Source of the DNA: Euryarchaeota archaeon UBA19
GTDB lineage: Archaea > Thermoplasmatota > Poseidoniia > Poseidoniales > Thalassarchaeaceae
DNA length: 64,000 nt
NCBI GenBank assembly: GCA_002502175.1
Contig: DAPQ01000075.1
Coordinates: forward strand, 9,170 to 73,169
Direction of reading: 5' to 3'
Shown piece by piece: positions 34,239 to 45,800 of the stretch (the first letter of the stretch is position 1; each line of letters begins with the position of its first letter). Below the pieces are notes generated by a model. It searched no databases, was not told where the DNA came from, and saw only the letters and a program-made list of their open reading frames with translations. The position numbers and the translations under genes were made by a program.

Positions 34239-37200
34239 TCACTCACCAATATGGTCGGGATCAGGTACCCATTCTTCCTTTTCAGGGTCCCAAAGCCAAC
34301 CTGGATGGTCATCGCTTCTAAGTCCCTTTGAATCGTCTGTTTCTACCTCATCGTATTCTTCGTCATCTTCTTCTAAGGCAATTACACCGCTGAAGAAAAG
34401 TGTACCAGCCAACAATGCAATGACTACGAAAACTATGGCAATAATCATCACAAAACTAATTCCTCCCCCACTAGATGGTGGTGAGATCTCTTCCCCTTGG
34501 ATTGATTCTGAACCGCTTATGGAAAATACTGGGATTACTGGTTTACTTAGCATGGCTCCAGAGATGCCTAATTCCCATGTGGAATCCTCGAGTACTACGG
34601 TAGAATTTACTTGAATTCCACCCAATGTGACTCTAACTGTCTTTCCAGGCAAGCCAGAACCACTGAATATGATTAATTCATCATCGCTTGCTGTGGTTTG
34701 GTCAGGCGGGCCTACATAGAATTCGATTGGGACCACATTGAAAGACACAGGGGTGGAAATTTCCTTTGAACCAAATGGATCAGTCGCTACGAATATTACA
34801 TTACTCAGCGACCAAGTATCCATGTCTTCATTGTAGAATCCCATTGACTTAGGGTCGTAGAAGGCGACACCGTCAATACCTATGTTGATGACCAGTCCGA
34901 ATTCATCATCTGAACTTCTAGCAGGGTCATCATAAACAGAAAGAATCAATGAATTAACTCCATCTACATCATCAAAGAACTCTAACAAATCAATTTCTAC
35001 TGTTGTGCAAGGGTTTTGTGATGTAGTATCAAATTCGCAATATAGAGTAATCTCTGTCTGCCAGTTTGTGGAATCAAAGGTTGGTCTATTATTATCGGCG
35101 TCTGGTGGATTATCTGCAATTACCTGTGTTTCCATCCAATCGCTGAACTCGTATCCATCATAGGATCTTGCTTTGATTAGATATTGCATGTTGTGAGTCA
35201 ATATTCTTGAATCCCATTCTAACTCCCAATAACCATTAGATTCTATCTCGGTGACTGCACCTGTGAAGACATTCAGATATCCATTTGATACATCAAAGAC
35301 TTCAACATCAACACGAGTAACATCTCCATCATTATCTCTTGCGACTCCACTAATAATTGATTTTTCATCAACGGCATATATCTGTCCGCTCTGAGGAGAT
35401 GTTAGGCTCACAAATGGGCGGGAATTTTGATTGTCAATTTGCAAATCGATAACTACTGCTTCACACTCATCGATATCTCCCTTGCAGAAATTGGAATCTG
35501 ATGCCCATATGGTGAATGTGTAGGTTGCTAAATCACGAGGTAGTCCACTGAAATCCCAAGTCCATGACCAATCTGTACCGCCTTCCGTGGAAGTAACTAC
35601 ATTGTAGTTCGGCCCCTCGATTTGGAAATATATCTGGTCTATATCTGTCCCACAATCGATAGGGCAGCCGTATGGGTCATGTGCGGTTCCTTCGAAAGTC
35701 ACAGTCCCATCTGTGTGGGTCGATTGTGTACTCGGAGAAGTAACCGAGACAGTTGGGGCCTCAGTATTGACCTTAATTGTCCTAGTTAGAATCGGAGAAT
35801 ACTCTAAACCATCAAAGGCTCTGAATTCGAAAGTATAGTCGCCTTCTTGCCTGCCTGACATGTCATATTCGTAATACCAACTACTGAATGGATGGTTGTT
35901 ACGGGAGACGTAACCTGGTTCTGCTCCAGAAGAATCGGTTGCATATCCAGCAGCAGCCCAGTCGCTTGTGAATGGGTCTTTGATCTCCACAGCATGAACA
36001 AAACCTTTCTGATCCCATTGGGCTAACTCATCAGTTTCGTAAATTCCTGCCCATGTTCCATCATGTGCAGAACCGGTCAAATTAACCACTCTTCTGAAAG
36101 ATTCACCGTCATTTTGTATTACAGAGACACTGGGAGGGTCATTGTCTAGGAATAGAGTATCTTGATAGGTAGTATCTGAAAGAGTGAACTCCCCACTATC
36201 TAGGCCATAACCGAATTTGTAGGCGGTGTATCTGTAGAGAGATAGTTCTCTTGTTCCAGCTGAATAATCACAGTCTGGGTCATCTGTATCAAGAAGTAAA
36301 TCGCCATCATTGTCCTCTCCATCTGAGCAAGAATCTTCGAATTCGTCATCTGCAAAACCGTCTGGATTATCACCTCCAGCCAAACCTCTGAAATCAAGAT
36401 GGAAATTAGATGCAAGAGAGAACCATGGTGTATAGCCATCGGAGTCAGTTTCGAGGCTGTATAGGTCATTCCCTAGTGCGTCTTCAATCAATACATTCGC
36501 ATTTTCGACCCTTTGGCCGTTTACCAGAGTTTGGAATCTTACTAGTTCAGCCCTCTGTACCTGGACGGCATATTTTGTTGGTTGAGTTTCGATTTTCACC
36601 TTTGATAAATCCAAGTTTGAAAGATTAGAGAAGGTGAAAACTGTGGAATTATTGTCCATATTAATTGCCAAAGGGAAATTGTAGGGGGTGAAATCGTCAC
36701 AGGTATCACAGGCCCTAACTTCGTGTGGTATGACTCCGTTTTGCCATCCATTTTGCACCCAAGCTTCTTGATCCGACCAGCTGAGGAGAACAGGATGTTC
36801 TCCCGGTGGAGGGCTTGGTATGTATTCTGATTGAACAGTAACTGAGGACTTAGATACATTGTAGGTTACACTGACTCCATTCCATTCATTATTGCTGAAG
36901 AAAGCCAGCGTCCCATATTGTTGAGAATCTGCGAATCCGCTATCATAATGTTGCAATATTGCACCGGATCCTTGAACATTGAAGATATTTCTGCGAACAT
37001 CTAGCAAGGCTCCGGTTGCCCTAATTCCATCTGCACTTCCACCTGCATTAATTTCGTTGTCTACAATTGTAACTCCTGATCTATGCGCCATTATAGCTGG
37101 GCAAGTGAAAGAACCACCCCACCACTTTTGCGATGAGCATTCCCCACTACCTTGAGTCGAGATTGTATTGTTAGCCAAGTAAAGTCTTGCAGGTGTAGGA

Positions 37201-38468
37201 GAAGGTGCTTGAGTTCCATATTCTCCAGCAAGAATAGGTTCCTGTGCGGTTTCTGAAATTGAATTGTTTTCTGCCCTTACATCAAAACTTCCCAATAGCC
37301 ATAGTCCATTCCAACCACCAATAGGTCCAATGTCGTTATTGTGTATTTCAGCTTTGGATGAATATACTGCTATTCCAGAACCTTCCCCTGCTCCGGATAG
37401 TTCGTTATTGTGAATTCGCACGTCGGCTCCAGCGTAAGCAGTAATTGGAGTTCGTTGAGTAGTTGTGATTACATTATTTGCTATTTCAACATCATATTCG
37501 GTATTTCCAATTGCCTTTAGGCTATTCACATCAATACCATTGCAAGTGACTGAAATGGTAGAATCAATCACCTTTCCAGCTGAATTCCTGATACTAATCC
37601 CGAAATCACCACCGGCAAAATCTGAGTTTTCGACTCGAATAAATGTCTGAGAGGCCCAAATAGCAGACCTTCCTCCATCCCTATTTCCACAACCCTTGTT
37701 TGTTGATTGGAAAGTAGCATCCTGGAAAACCATCGGGGAAATTGGTGTGCCTCCGCCATAAATTTGCACTGCCTGACCTGTGACGCCGCTTTCTTCGTCA
37801 TTGCCTGCAACATATTCACCGCCAATGAAAGTTGGTTGGGCTAAATTGGCTGCGAGTACACTGGAAGTATTGATATCTTCAAATCTCATATCTCGCAGAG
37901 TCGGGCTTGCTCCGTCAAGAACTAATACTCCATATCGATATTCATATTCCAATTGAACATAGAATGGGACACCCCATGCGCCTTCAAAATGCATACTCCT
38001 CATTCCCGATTGGGACAAATCCATTGTATCTCGAAGAATTACACCCTCTCCACAGGAGGGGTCTTCAATCCATATTTGTGAGCTCCCAGTACCCAATCCG
38101 TAACATTCTCCTGTTGCATTGGAATTCCCTGGTTCTGACCATGTTAGAGTAATTGGGTTTCCAGAAGCAGCATTGCCGCTAGAACCACAGGATGCAACTC
38201 CTGCACACAGGTTACCACGGACGTCAAGCATAGTCCCGTTTGGTAATAAAATGTCAGTTCCGGGGTCGATTATCAGTTTGGCACCTGCGGCAATTGTAAC
38301 ATCTCCTGTGAGTTGATGTGTTCCACTCCATCTCTCGAGTCCAGTAATGGTTCCACTGGTAGTTTCATTATTTGCAGATACTGTTGAGGCTGGGCCAACT
38401 AAGGCCAACATAGTGCTAGTCAGCATCAAGAATACTAGGAACTGGCTTCTTACTCGGGTGCCGGTCAT
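34239..38468 (-). CDS. Giant surface protein: parallel beta-helix (PbH1-like) repeats + Ig-like domains + C-terminal TM anchor with acidic tail
   Basis: Signal peptide FLVFLMLTSTMLALVGPASTVSA. Beta-helix turns (VEIANNVITTT, VRIHNNELSGAGEGSGIAVYSSKAEIHNNDIG, AENNSISE, LYLANNTIST, VTIVDNEINAGGSADGIRA). Ig-like modules begin PPSVSV, APTVSVTSP and RPFVSLTSP. TM ISFVMIIAIVFVVIALLAGTLFF is followed by EEDDEEYDEVETDD. Confidence 0.8.
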   Translation of the reverse strand: MTGTRVRSQFLVFLMLTSTMLALVGPASTVSANNETTSGTITGLERWSGTHQLTGDVTIAAGAKLIIDPGTDILLPNGTMLDVRGNLCAGVASCGSSGNAASGNPITLTWSEPGNSNATGECYGLGTGSSQIWIEDPSCGEGVILRDTMDLSQSGMRSMHFEGAWGVPFYVQLEYEYRYGVLVLDGASPTLRDMRFEDINTSSVLAANLAQPTFIGGEYVAGNDEESGVTGQAVQIYGGGTPISPMVFQDATFQSTNKGCGNRDGGRSAIWASQTFIRVENSDFAGGDFGISIRNSAGKVIDSTISVTCNGIDVNSLKAIGNTEYDVEIANNVITTTQRTPITAYAGADVRIHNNELSGAGEGSGIAVYSSKAEIHNNDIGPIGGWNGLWLLGSFDVRAENNSISETAQEPILAGEYGTQAPSPTPARLYLANNTISTQGSGECSSQKWWGGSFTCPAIMAHRSGVTIVDNEINAGGSADGIRATGALLDVRRNIFNVQGSGAILQHYDSGFADSQQYGTLAFFSNNEWNGVSVTYNVSKSSVTVQSEYIPSPPPGEHPVLLSWSDQEAWVQNGWQNGVIPHEVRACDTCDDFTPYNFPLAINMDNNSTVFTFSNLSNLDLSKVKIETQPTKYAVQVQRAELVRFQTLVNGQRVENANVLIEDALGNDLYSLETDSDGYTPWFSLASNFHLDFRGLAGGDNPDGFADDEFEDSCSDGEDNDGDLLLDTDDPDCDYSAGTRELSLYRYTAYKFGYGLDSGEFTLSDTTYQDTLFLDNDPPSVSVIQNDGESFRRVVNLTGSAHDGTWAGIYETDELAQWDQKGFVHAVEIKDPFTSDWAAAGYATDSSGAEPGYVSRNNHPFSSWYYEYDMSGRQEGDYTFEFRAFDGLEYSPILTRTIKVNTEAPTVSVTSPSTQSTHTDGTVTFEGTAHDPYGCPIDCGTDIDQIYFQIEGPNYNVVTSTEGGTDWSWTWDFSGLPRDLATYTFTIWASDSNFCKGDIDECEAVVIDLQIDNQNSRPFVSLTSPQSGQIYAVDEKSIISGVARDNDGDVTRVDVEVFDVSNGYLNVFTGAVTEIESNGYWELEWDSRILTHNMQYLIKARSYDGYEFSDWMETQVIADNPPDADNNRPTFDSTNWQTEITLYCEFDTTSQNPCTTVEIDLLEFFDDVDGVNSLILSVYDDPARSSDDEFGLVINIGIDGVAFYDPKSMGFYNEDMDTWSLSNVIFVATDPFGSKEISTPVSFNVVPIEFYVGPPDQTTASDDELIIFSGSGLPGKTVRVTLGGIQVNSTVVLEDSTWELGISGAMLSKPVIPVFSISGSESIQGEEISPPSSGGGISFVMIIAIVFVVIALLAGTLFFSGVIALEEDDEEYDEVETDDSKGLRSDDHPGWLWDPEKEEWVPDPDHIGE

Positions 38469-38510
38469 ATTCTTCCGGTATCTAGAAGTGATTTAATCAT
38501 AGGGTTTCAT

Positions 38511-38525
38511 CGAGCCGTAGGCTCG
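38511..38525 (-). terminator. Hairpin CGAGCC-GTA-GGCTCG downstream of the S8 protease gene
   Basis: Perfect 6-bp stem with a 3-nt loop, 27 nt after the stop at 38552 on the minus strand. Confidence 0.35.
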
Positions 38526-38551
38526 GTTGAGGAAAATTGGGAAAATGATAA

Positions 38552-39790
38552 TCATGAATTTAGATTAAACTCAGTTCTAATCTCTTCTAGCCATGCTTCT
38601 GCATTCAATTCACCATATCCTGATTTGTTTGAATGAATCGCATCAATATCTTGTGTCTTTAGGGATGAATTTGCGAGGGCCCCCTTCACCATATTCATCT
38701 CTTCAGAATCAAATTTATTGTCTTCCCCTCGCATTTCATCTCCATGAATTTGTAGAATTAAAGCAAGAGCTCCTACAACGATTACGGTTGAATCGGAGGT
38801 TCCTGTTGAATATGCATAAGGTGAGGAGAGTTCTGTCGATGCTGTAGAGAACATTCTGACTCCTGGTGCGGTAACTTCTGGCTTTTGATTAGGAAATTTT
38901 CTCTCCTCACTCGAATAAGGATCTATGTTGGAACCTACAGAACTATTTGCCCAAATTTTCCCATCCACTGTGGAGGCACCAACCGAAATTACCCCCGGGA
39001 TATTCGCTGGTATTGATACATCGTTAATATTCGCCTTATTGCCATTATTTCCAGCAGCGGCCACGACAAAAATTCCTGCATCCAATGCCTCGTTTACCGA
39101 CTGTACAGTTTCAGATTGTAGATTACTCATTCCACTTCCTGGGTCGCCACCTAAACTTAGACTAATGATATCAACATCTTGAGAAATTCTACACCACCTA
39201 ATCGCCAATGAGACTCTGTCCGACTGGCCTGCCTCTCCTTCAGGACCAAGGGCTAAGGCTACGGATATTGAAACGCTAGGGGCTGCCCCGACATATGTGC
39301 CATTGGCAATTAATAATCCAGCCATCAAGGTGCCGTGATAATTTTCTCCTATGTCACGGATATTTTCGTGCTCTCCAGAGTAAAAATCTCGAAATCCGAC
39401 TAGATTACTATTTTCGAAATCAGGGTGAGAATAATCAATTCCAGTATCCACTATGCAGACATGGACCCCATCCCCGAAGTAGCCCTGGTTTTGCAAATCC
39501 CTAATTCCTGAAGATTGATACGCCCACTCTGAATCAGGAAGGTAAGATATCAATAAAGGTTGAATCGATGACCACGTCATTAACAACAGAACCGTTCCAA
39601 TAGCGAAACTGGCAGCACCCCACGGCCATAGAAACTCCTTCATCGGCCCTAATGGCCAACGAAGCTCTCGTGCTTCTTGATCGGTTAAGCCATAGTCAGA
39701 GCCGGGATATCCCGGTGCCTGAGGGTCGACAGCGGTGAGCAACCTGCTATCTTCAGGTTCAGGCATTAACTCAAGGTCCTCGAGAGTCAT
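38552..39790 (-). CDS. Membrane-anchored subtilisin-like serine protease (peptidase S8)
   Basis: VCIVDTGIDYSHPDF (Asp), YHGTLMAGLL (His), STGTSDSTVIVVGALALI (Ser). N-terminal hydrophobic anchor AASFAIGTVLLLMTW. Confidence 0.82.
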   Translation of the reverse strand: MTLEDLELMPEPEDSRLLTAVDPQAPGYPGSDYGLTDQEARELRWPLGPMKEFLWPWGAASFAIGTVLLLMTWSSIQPLLISYLPDSEWAYQSSGIRDLQNQGYFGDGVHVCIVDTGIDYSHPDFENSNLVGFRDFYSGEHENIRDIGENYHGTLMAGLLIANGTYVGAAPSVSISVALALGPEGEAGQSDRVSLAIRWCRISQDVDIISLSLGGDPGSGMSNLQSETVQSVNEALDAGIFVVAAAGNNGNKANINDVSIPANIPGVISVGASTVDGKIWANSSVGSNIDPYSSEERKFPNQKPEVTAPGVRMFSTASTELSSPYAYSTGTSDSTVIVVGALALILQIHGDEMRGEDNKFDSEEMNMVKGALANSSLKTQDIDAIHSNKSGYGELNAEAWLEEIRTEFNLNS

Positions 39791-39871
39791 TGGCTAATCA
39801 ACAGCCTATTCTATCCGCTTTTCACCTATGAGGTCTTGTCTTGACCAAAGTTGCAAACGGGGTTATTCAGG

Positions 39872-42800
39872 TCAGAATGGCGCACCGGGTCTTCTCGAAC
39901 CTGATCTTGTAAAGTACCAAACAACAAACACTAGGATAATTGCCAAAATTATTCCAATAACTGTGGTTGGTGTTGAATCATCTACTGCTTGAGCCTTGAG
40001 TGAGTATCTCTTGCTCACAGTCTCGGGTTCTTCACCAAACTCTTGGCCTTCTGTTGAGATTTCAAAGTCAAACCATTCCTGTGAAGGCCCATCGAAATCT
40101 GTCAAATTTATGTCGATTAGATAGGTTACCGAGTCCCCGGACAGAACATCTTGGGTGACGCTTGAGCTTACATTCTTTCCACGAACCGTTCCAACCAACT
40201 TGACCTTCTCAGCGTCAACTAATCCAGTATTTTCTACAACCACAGTAAAGGTGTGGATTGTTCCGAATAATGGATCTCCATTGGAATAAACATTGGAAAT
40301 CTCAAGAACTGGAAGTGATGTCTTCACTCTTATGACTAATGGAGGATAGGTTCCATTATTCTTGTCTGTGACTGAAATTGTAATGATGAAATCTTCAGTT
40401 CCTGTTGCATTCTCTGGTGCAATAACCTTGATTGTGTGAGTTGTGTCTACAAATGCACCTACAGTGTGTGATGTGGCACCTGTTCGTTGCCAATCTGGTG
40501 GAAGTTGCGTGTCATCAAATACAAATTCGAATCTCTCATCTCCATTACCACTATTGGTGAATAATAGAGGTATTGACAATTCCTCACCGGGGCGGATTCC
40601 ATAGACATCCAAGAGTGGCTCCCTTAATTCGAAATCATGGAATTGAGGAATTCTAACAATTACTTCTTGTTCAAACTGATAACCATCCGCTGAAGTGAAT
40701 CTAATATCTACAGTGTGACCATTGGTCAGTGACTGAGCCGTAGATTGATTGGCTGGAGTTATTCGAAGTAGTAGATTGTCGTAGGTTGTGCTATTGTTGC
40801 TATCTAAACCAAACTCAAAGGTGAAAGGAGAAGTCCAATTTTCAACAGACTGATCCCATACCTCTACACTCCAATACTGACCATCGGTACCTGCGACATT
40901 TCCTGATACGGTGTAACTAGACACCGTCTCATGTCCAAGATAATCAAGTGACATTGTGAACTCGATTGAATCATATTCACCTTCATCTCCAAGGGTGGCT
41001 TGAACATCATCGAACTCACCTTCATCAGTTAGTTCTCCACCAGTTACTGATACTATTGTAGCACTAATTGTATGGTTGGAAATTCTGTCGAAGAGTATGT
41101 CCTGAGTAACCGATGCGGTCAAATCCGTTCCAGAACCTGGTACGTTGATTGACTTGCTTGTGGAATATTCCATTACACGGTCCATTTGATCGACAGAGAA
41201 GCTTCCTTCAACCCCAATCATGCCTGTAGGCATCAGGATTGATATTTCACCAGCCTCAGTCAACATTGCATCCCATCGGACACCTGCTCCTGAAGACAGA
41301 ATGAATTCCACCTCATCAATAATCTCTGCACCTTGTATTTCGGATTCAGAAGCATGATGCTGTGTTCCATTAAAGTCAAGCCATTGAGTTGCAAGATATA
41401 GCCAACCACCATACAATAGATCGATGTCAACATTTCCGCCATCACTAATGTCTGCATCAATACTGGCCATTCCTACTAGATTAGATGATTCCAATGTTGC
41501 TCTAATTATCCAACGACCTGGTTCTACAGAAGCGGTCCATTGACCGTTCCATACTCCATCCTCGAATACCTTGTCAGGAACTACTCTATCTCGAACCATG
41601 CCATGTGAAGGAATCAAGATTAATTCGACTTGCTCACCAATGTTTGACAGGTCAGAGTGACTTACGTTTCCAAAAATGTTCACATATCCAGCGGTTAGCT
41701 CTATTTCTACCGAGTTTGGAGCGTTCATAGCAATGGATTCCATTTCTTGGTCGAATCCTTCTCTAAATGTTGAGACTTGCCAAGTTGTGTCTGCGGGAAC
41801 AAATACACTCCATTCGCCAGCGGCGTTGGTAATTTGGGAAATATTATCATGGCCTTCGCTGGTCATTAGAATTTCTACATCGGGTACGCCCTCTCCAACG
41901 TCAGCATCATCATCGTCATCATGATCCCAGAATATTGTTCCAGACATCTCATAGTGTGTTGATGCAATAATATCGATTAAATCATTCTCACCAGCAACTA
42001 AACCTCCATCTAACAATTCGATTGAAGAGATAACGTATCGAGTTCTATCTACGGTTTGGTTTAGTTCAATATTCCATGAACCAGATGAAATAATTCCTGA
42101 TGTTTGTCCAGATTCATCGGTACTGTCAAGATATACAGTTCCTAATCCATCATTAGAAGTTAGTTTCAAGTCCATATCTTGAAGATAAATTCCATTTGAA
42201 TCAGAAATTCTAACTGAGAATGAAGCAAGTTCACTGGTTGAAATGGTCTCAGCGTTGTTAGCGTTTTGCTCGGATACGGTAATCGTTGTTCGAACTCCTT
42301 CAATAACTCCGGTGTCTGTCTCTACAGAATCGATTACAACAATCCACTCTCCATCTGCCAAGTGGTCAATTAGTGTACCATTCATATCGGTCTTTCTAGT
42401 GATAACTTCACCACTGTTTTCCGGATTGATGAATCTAACTAACTGATCAACTAGTGGCCCACCACTTTCATTAGTAAATGTCAGGTCTACCTTCCATTCT
42501 GGATCAAAACCAATACTTCTGCTAACTACTTCTCCACCGAAGCCGACCTCAAAGTAGGCATCGCCTGTCATTATTCGAGTTCCGAAAATATCTCCGGCAC
42601 GAGCATTTGAGAGTTCTACATTGATTCGGTATGAACCCGCTTCTACAGGTACTCTTGCAAATCCTTGTGAAATCCATTCTTCACCATCTTCTGCTACATT
42701 AATCGTTAATCCTGCACTATTCTCGAGTGGGACAATGGAGAATTGGTAATTGACTAGCGTGCCATTGGTAACACTATTGTCGCCGGTGTTATCCAAGAAG

Positions 42801-45800
42801 AAATCTATCTCAAGGAAGGACATAGCAGGGTAAACGTACATCTCTACCGTATCATTTTCACCATCAACCATCAGAGTTGCTTCAGTTGCATTTAGCCACT
42901 CTAAATCGGTTGTAAATGTCCAGTTACCTTCGGGCAAAATTGTGTTAAATGTACCAAATTGGGTAACGTCAATATGCCACACAGCATCAATATCATCATT
43001 GGTCGCAAATACAGTAACCTGCTCCCATCCTTCTAGATTTGATGAGTAATAATTTCCTAATCGATTTAGATTTAGGTTTCCATTAACATCGTAACCCGGA
43101 CGTGCGACCATTGTGATATTTTCCATACCCTCTTCGACTGTGAATCGGGTACCATTAACCACATTCAGGACACTACCAAACACTGCAGCGTCAACTACAG
43201 AACCAATCGGCAATACGACGTTGAATACACCATTTGCGTCGGTAGTTTCGGTTGTTGTGAAATTTTCCCAATGGAAAATCACCTGAGTAAAGTCAACAAC
43301 CTCAGCTTGGATCGTGGAATTGGTGACTTCTGCATTTGTATCATAGTAAACTGTTCCAATTACATTCATTGATTCCCTGAAAGTAAAGGAAGTCGAAATG
43401 TCTGATTCAAGGTCAATTTGTTCCCATAATTGCTCGGAATCACTCAAGTCATGGCTGAGGATCCATTGACCTTGAGATAATTCCGCCAAGTATTCTCCAC
43501 TGACGTTATCGAATACAGCAATAACTGGTGCTGCTGAATTATCACTCTTTACCAGAGTCAAATTTTCGAGACCCTCAACAGATGTTTGTGAACCATCAAC
43601 GATTTGACTTAATGAGAATCTCAAATCGAATACAGTAGGTATTGGAGTTGGGAATTCAACTTGCGAATCCATTTCAGCATCGAATTCATGCCTCAACTCA
43701 ACTTCATTGAAGCCGTCTTCATCCATATCCAAAGCAAAGGTATACTCTCCTGGCATGATAGGACCGAACTCGAAAGAACCGTTCTCATCTGCGGTTAACA
43801 TACATGGCGCGTACATTACTTCACTACATTCTCCGAGAATAGTATCATTGTCAGATTCGGAGTGAACCATAGTTACAAAACCAGCCAAAGTATTGCCATT
43901 TTCATCGGTTAATGTTCCGGAAATGGATCCACCCGCAACATCGATTTGATGAAGTGACGGCACCCCTCTGAAAGGAACGTTAAATCCATCAATAATTTCG
44001 ATTCTAGTGCCATCGTTGAAGATAACTGCTACGTTGTAATTTCCAGGTATGGCGTCGATTAGGTGGAATGTTCCAGCTTGAACCATAGGCCCACTGAACT
44101 CACCCTCTCCGCTGAAAGTACCCGTGCCGTTTAGGGTTCCATAGGAATCTAGTTCTTCATTACTGGCGTCTACGGTGAATACACCTGCTCCAATTAGAGA
44201 CGAACCATTGTGTTCTTGTGAGAATGAGGATGTACCGTTTGAAGTAAATCTACCAGTTGCATTAACTGCACCCTCAATCAAGAAGTCTCCATCTGATAGG
44301 GAACAAACCGAGTAGTTCTCTGGCATTGTTCCATTTTCGTTACAATCTCCATCAACAATGTCCTCTCCATCAATTACTCCGGAGAGGGTTCCACGGCCGG
44401 TAAATTCACCGGATCCTGCTAGACTGTGCCCGTGAAGAATAGTCTGTGTGTGAGTCCCCACGAAATCATTGACTGTCATCAGACCATTGCTGATGACTTC
44501 TCCTTCACCAGTAAATGTCACTTGACCGATTCCTTGGAAAGCAAGGTCGGGGCCGTTTACGCTACCTGTAGAAGTTTCCAACATAATTGGTTGCATCTGA
44601 ATTTGATCCCAAGCAGGCGACAATTCAACAACAGCATCGGTGATTGCTTGACCACTGAACGAACCGGCGCCATTCCAAATTAATCGACCTGTAGAGAATG
44701 ATGGTTCTACGATGATATCCCCGTTAATTAGAGCTTGACCATTGGAATGGCCATCTTCTCCGGAGACATTAATGATAGTCTCGGATAACCACTGAGAGCC
44801 GGATACATTACCCAATATTCCAGTGATAAGGTTGACATTTCTTTCACCAATTGTTGATTCGGTTGCTACATCTTGAAGCATACCTCCACCACCGCTTGCT
44901 AATTCATCACGAGCCGCCCTTAGATCAGACTCGCCAAAGAAGGCTGAAACTCTTATCTTCCCTGCTGGAACAGTGAATGAATAATCTCCGTTTTCATCTG
45001 CATCTACTGTACCAATAGGAATCCAATAAGTTCGAGGGTCTTGATCAGTTACAGTGCCATTTTCATCGGGGACCTCTTCGCCACTAAAGGCGTCCCTTTC
45101 GATTAATATTCTAGCATTAGGGACAGGACCTATTCCGTCTAATTCAACTGTACCTTCTATAGTCGCACCGCTGTAGTATTTGACGACCTTAACATTTGAA
45201 TTTGCTCTACCGATAGCAGCATAGCCACCATCGAAAATATCTGGAACGCTGTTATTGTCTTCATCGGGTGAGTCTGAACCGTCATCGTACCAATTTGCGA
45301 TGACGAAGTGATTCATCATTGCACCAGGAAGCGGGAAGGCGTTCTCTAGTGGGGAACCGGGGGTTCCGCTGATAGCCCATGTTGGCCCTGGTTGTGATGG
45401 GTCAACTGTTAATCCCAAGCTTGAAGTTCCATATCCAACATAGATTCTTGCAACCATAGTTTCGAAGAAAGATTCGGTTTGCTGATACTGTATATCGACA
45501 AGCTGAATCATGTCTGTGGAATCTTCCATTGCTCCAGACTGCTGCTTGACAACATCCGACATATACTCCTGTTCATAGCGCTCAGCACTCATGAAGACAG
45601 TTGGTCTATCTCCTCGCTGAGTCTCATAGACCGATTCAATGTAATGATTCGGATCTAGACCAGAAAGGGTAGTTGGCGCGTAGAAGATTCCAGTTGTTTG
45701 ACCTCTGTGGTAACTTTGATCCGCGTAATACGCTCCACCAAGCGGATACAATCTATCGTCTATTGCGAAGTAGCGAATCTCATTATTTCGTTCGATAGTT

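Noticed and set aside
39872-39905. The C-terminal ...RSGSRRPGAPF of the giant AglB as a PGF-CTERM / archaeosortase sorting signal.
   Set aside because: A PGF-CTERM signal has the PGF tripeptide before the TM helix, followed by a basic tail. Here the P-G-x-x-F lies after the helix at the extreme end, so the order is wrong.
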